Origin: Ramazzottius varieornatus
Lineage: Eukaryota; Animalia; Tardigrada
Direction: 5' to 3'
DNA: 64,000 bases
Assembly (NCBI GenBank): GCA_001949185.1
Contig: BDGG01000022.1
Coordinates: 124,001 to 188,000 of the forward strand
In this document: positions 61,012 to 64,000 of the stretch, piece after piece
How the letters are laid out: every line of letters starts with the position of its first letter
How positions within the stretch are numbered: position 1 is the first letter of the stretch
Position numbers and translations under genes: made by a program
Notes under the pieces: model-generated
What the model was told of the DNA's origin: nothing
Databases searched by the model: none
Seen by the model: only the letters and a program-made list of their open reading frames with translations

Positions 61012-62750
61012 TTACTTTTGAAAGCCATCAAGAAAGCGGTCATCTTCAGGGGCTGACCAACGGCGGAAAGCATTAACGTCTATGAAAGAGCGCTGTGTCT
61101 CGGCGCTGCTAGCCGCTCCGGCGGCGCACGACTGTCCTCCCACTCCTGCGCTTGCAGGATATGCAGCTGCCACTACCATTCTGCCTCGACCGTCCGTCGT
61201 TGCGGGCGGACTCTTGGCCTGACTTACAGCCGATCCTTCTCGACCACCTGAAGGAGGGAAATGCAGCCATGATCTTGCCTTATGGCTGGTGATGGCACTT
61301 ACTATTGGGGATGATAAAGGGCGAGTGTGTAGCCGTGTTTTGCCGTTTGCAGGCGGCAGGCGAGGTCCATTGCGGCTTGGGCGGTGGAGGCATGACGGAG
61401 GGAGGCGGCTGCTGCTGCGCCAGCACAGTGGGGTGGAGAGGAGGGGCGCTGACCAGTGGTGCCATCACCTCCTTGTAGGACAGGGAAATGCAAGTGTCGC
61501 CAGCATTAAGCTGGACAACGTGCAAGCCAAAGCGTCCCATGGTGGCAGCAGGACAGGCCGAAGACCAGCCTTTACCCAGGACGAAGAAGGGGTGATCCTC
61601 GCAGGCTTCCACTGCTACCTACCAGCGTACATAAGGACATGACAAAGATGGCTCTTAACCCTGGCCAGGCAGTCAGTGGCAGCTATACTGTACCTCGGTG
61701 CCCTGTCGCTTTCTGGGCCGGAAGTAGACGACCATCGTTGGTCCAGCACTGCCCACCCCCCTGCCAGCTGCCTTGACGGCCTTCTCAATACGGGCAATCT
61801 CGCTAAAGTCCACCTTCAAGTTGGGCGAGGCTGCGGCACTGCGGATAAAGTCGTCGCTGCAATCAAGTGGTATCCATCAATTAGTCTAGCCACTGGCACT
61901 TAATATCAATGAATGTGAAGAAGCCAACCTGGACATGTTTTCGATCGTCTTCAGCGATCCATTGGCCAACTGGATAAGGGAACCGCGGGTGAACTGATGA
62001 GGCTGGTAGGTGGAGGCCTTTGGAGAGGGCAAGTGCGCTGCAGTGATGACGGAAGTGGACTTGATGAAGGCGGGCAAGGAGGTGCTCGACAGCCGCAAAT
62101 CGCTCTTGGCTGCCTGTGGACAACTACATGCAGCCAGCTTCTCCACTGGAAGAGGCCGCTTTGCCTCGACTGCTCCAGCGTAGTTGCTGCTGGCACCTGC
62201 AATTACTTCTTTGACAGTTAAGGGCATTTCCGTCCTTGATATAATCCCTCTCAGTTACATGTATTGACTGGACAAGTAATAGTAGACAGTGAAGGGCCTT
62301 CGTGCTCAAATGTGCCGACTGTGGCAGCTTGCACCTACCATTGCTGCAGTGGGCGGAAGAGGCCGGAGAAGCGACGGGCGTGCTGCTGCTGCTGCTACTG
62401 CTGCTGAGCGGACTGTGGGAGCCATTGGAAGAACTGTGCATGCTTTCCTCGGGGCAGCAGCTTGCGACTGCGGTAGGCAAGTTGATGCTTGGCCGAGACA
62501 AGATGCGATGCTTCAAGCTGCCTTCTTTGCCCACTCGACCAGCTCGTCCCTCCCCAAGTCCCGACTGAGCATTCTCCACCTCCTGAGACTCCACCTTGCT
62601 CGAACCTGCACCAACAGACATTAGCTATACAGTATAGTCATATTGGCCCATAGATGTAACAGTATATACACATGGCCAAAAACGACAGTCAATTAGGGCA
62701 CAATACAAGCTAATCTCAACAGACATACCTTCAGCCATGATTTGGGCCAT
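61012..62750 (-). CDS. ATXN1: Ataxin-1-like AXH-domain protein
   Basis: AXH domain FTRGSLIQLANGSLKTIENM|SDDFIRSA...|VEACEDHPFFVLGKGWSSACP...LNAGDTCISL, plus C-terminal RRWSAPE (ataxin-1 S776 motif). Start MAQIMAE is inferred from phase-compatible splicing. Confidence 0.88.
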
Positions 62751-64000
62751 CGGATACTACTTTGGGCAAATTTGACCCATTGGATATCGATAGTATAGCA
62801 GCAGCCTGCAGGTAAAGGGAAGAGTAAATGCTGATGGTAGGTCAGCAAGACGTGTAGCCACTGCTTCAACCGTGCTGCTCATCATCTAAGCGACAACTTT
62901 GACTGGCCAGTCATCTTAGGGCTTCTTCAAGTCCAGGACGTGACCTAAAATAAGTGATGATCATTATTATTCTGACATTAATTTTTCCTCATAGCAGCTG
63001 ACAGATCCATAGAGTAAGAGTCCTACTTTATAGAGATGAATGAAGCGTACAAGACAGCACAAATATTGAAAACTAAAGCGTCGTGCGCTGTGATACTGAT
63101 AACATGGACATACTTGCCAGCTGTGCATATGAATTGTGGCCCCGAGGACTTTGAGTTTCCTTGCGAAGAAGAGTGTCACGACGAGCGCGCAGGCCCGTTG
63201 AAAAGAGACCAAGAGTTACTAAATGGTCCAGGCACCATCAAGCGACGAAGAAAGAATACGCACAAGCACTTTTCCGTCGAAATGCAGCACACACTTGACA
63301 GCCCCGCGTCAGCGCGATCGTCGATCGGACTCGGACGGTAATCGCTCGTCGCACTGCTCTATACTGTAGACCAGCCAAACAAAGATTTCTTCTTCGTCCC
63401 GCAAGTTGCCTTCCTCACACAATCAACTGCCTATATTCATCTACTGCAAACTCGCTACACTGCCCATGCTACGCTCAACCGCTTGCAAAATCACAGTCTA
63501 CAACGCTTCTCCATTGGCTGGGAAAACCAAGAAAACACATCGGCCCAGTTCTTCCGAAGTAAAAGAGGCTTTCTATGTATGATAGAAAGTTCTGTGTGCT
63601 CGACGTCATAGCAGGACGCCCAACTGCCACAGCTGCACATATGGTTCCATGACGTCATGGGCCGCTTTCAACCAAGCGCCACTCCAGACATTCCTTCGCG
63701 TCGACCAGCGCTTAAAGCTGTCTAGCTATGATACTTATTGATCTCTTCTCCATTCATTCGACCTGGCAAATAGGTGGAATATTTTCCACCTACAAGTACT
63801 CACCTCGCCCTCCGTCGTCCTGGAATTTTGCGTCCGATCCTGGCCGACTACCGTCCTGCACTACAAAGAACGCCGACTGCAAAACATCACGGCAGAAAAA
63901 TCTACGCCTAGCTTTAAGGCTGACTGAAAGAAGACTATCGACGATATTGCAGCTTGAGTTACAAATGTTCAGCGGAAATCTATTCGTGATGGTGGCATTT

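Noticed and set aside
1-64000. tRNA, rRNA or snRNA genes
   Set aside because: None recognisable by eye; a tRNAscan-SE or Infernal/Rfam scan is needed to exclude intronic snoRNAs.

Overview
Gene-dense animal genomic DNA with many short GT-AG introns (mostly ~55-90 bp) and short intergenic spacers. The style resembles a compact invertebrate such as a tardigrade, which is inference only. Gene order: a 5'-incomplete divergent lethal(2) giant larvae gene (+); three adjacent minus-strand genes carrying SAXO/MAP6-type T-x3-[DA]-[YF] repeats (a divergent SAXO paralog, an uncharacterised gene and a canonical SAXO1/2); a small orphan single-pass membrane gene; BLTP3/UHRF1BP1; EIF2B2; DARS2; ANKMY2; a non-autonomous TIR element abutting a Tc4/Tc5-type DD37D transposon (128-bp TIRs, TCA target duplication); HSBP1; SART1; an uncharacterised gene; two tandem G-alpha-s genes; GOT2; a decayed region with a BTAF1/Mot1 fragment split by a pogo element; and an ataxin-1-like AXH gene. 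The most striking unexplained signal is a dispersed palindromic element, with at least 11 cores, all but one in introns. Its core is CAAGTGGCGCAC-N25-GTGCGCCACTTG, and it keeps a 49-bp length in 9 of 11 copies despite substantial sequence divergence. Other highlights are the SAXO cluster, a G-alpha-s paralog with altered switch regions but a near-identical C-terminal helix, and a 19-bp CRE-containing motif shared by introns of DARS2 and GOT2. Exon boundaries were read by eye and have not been validated with transcripts.
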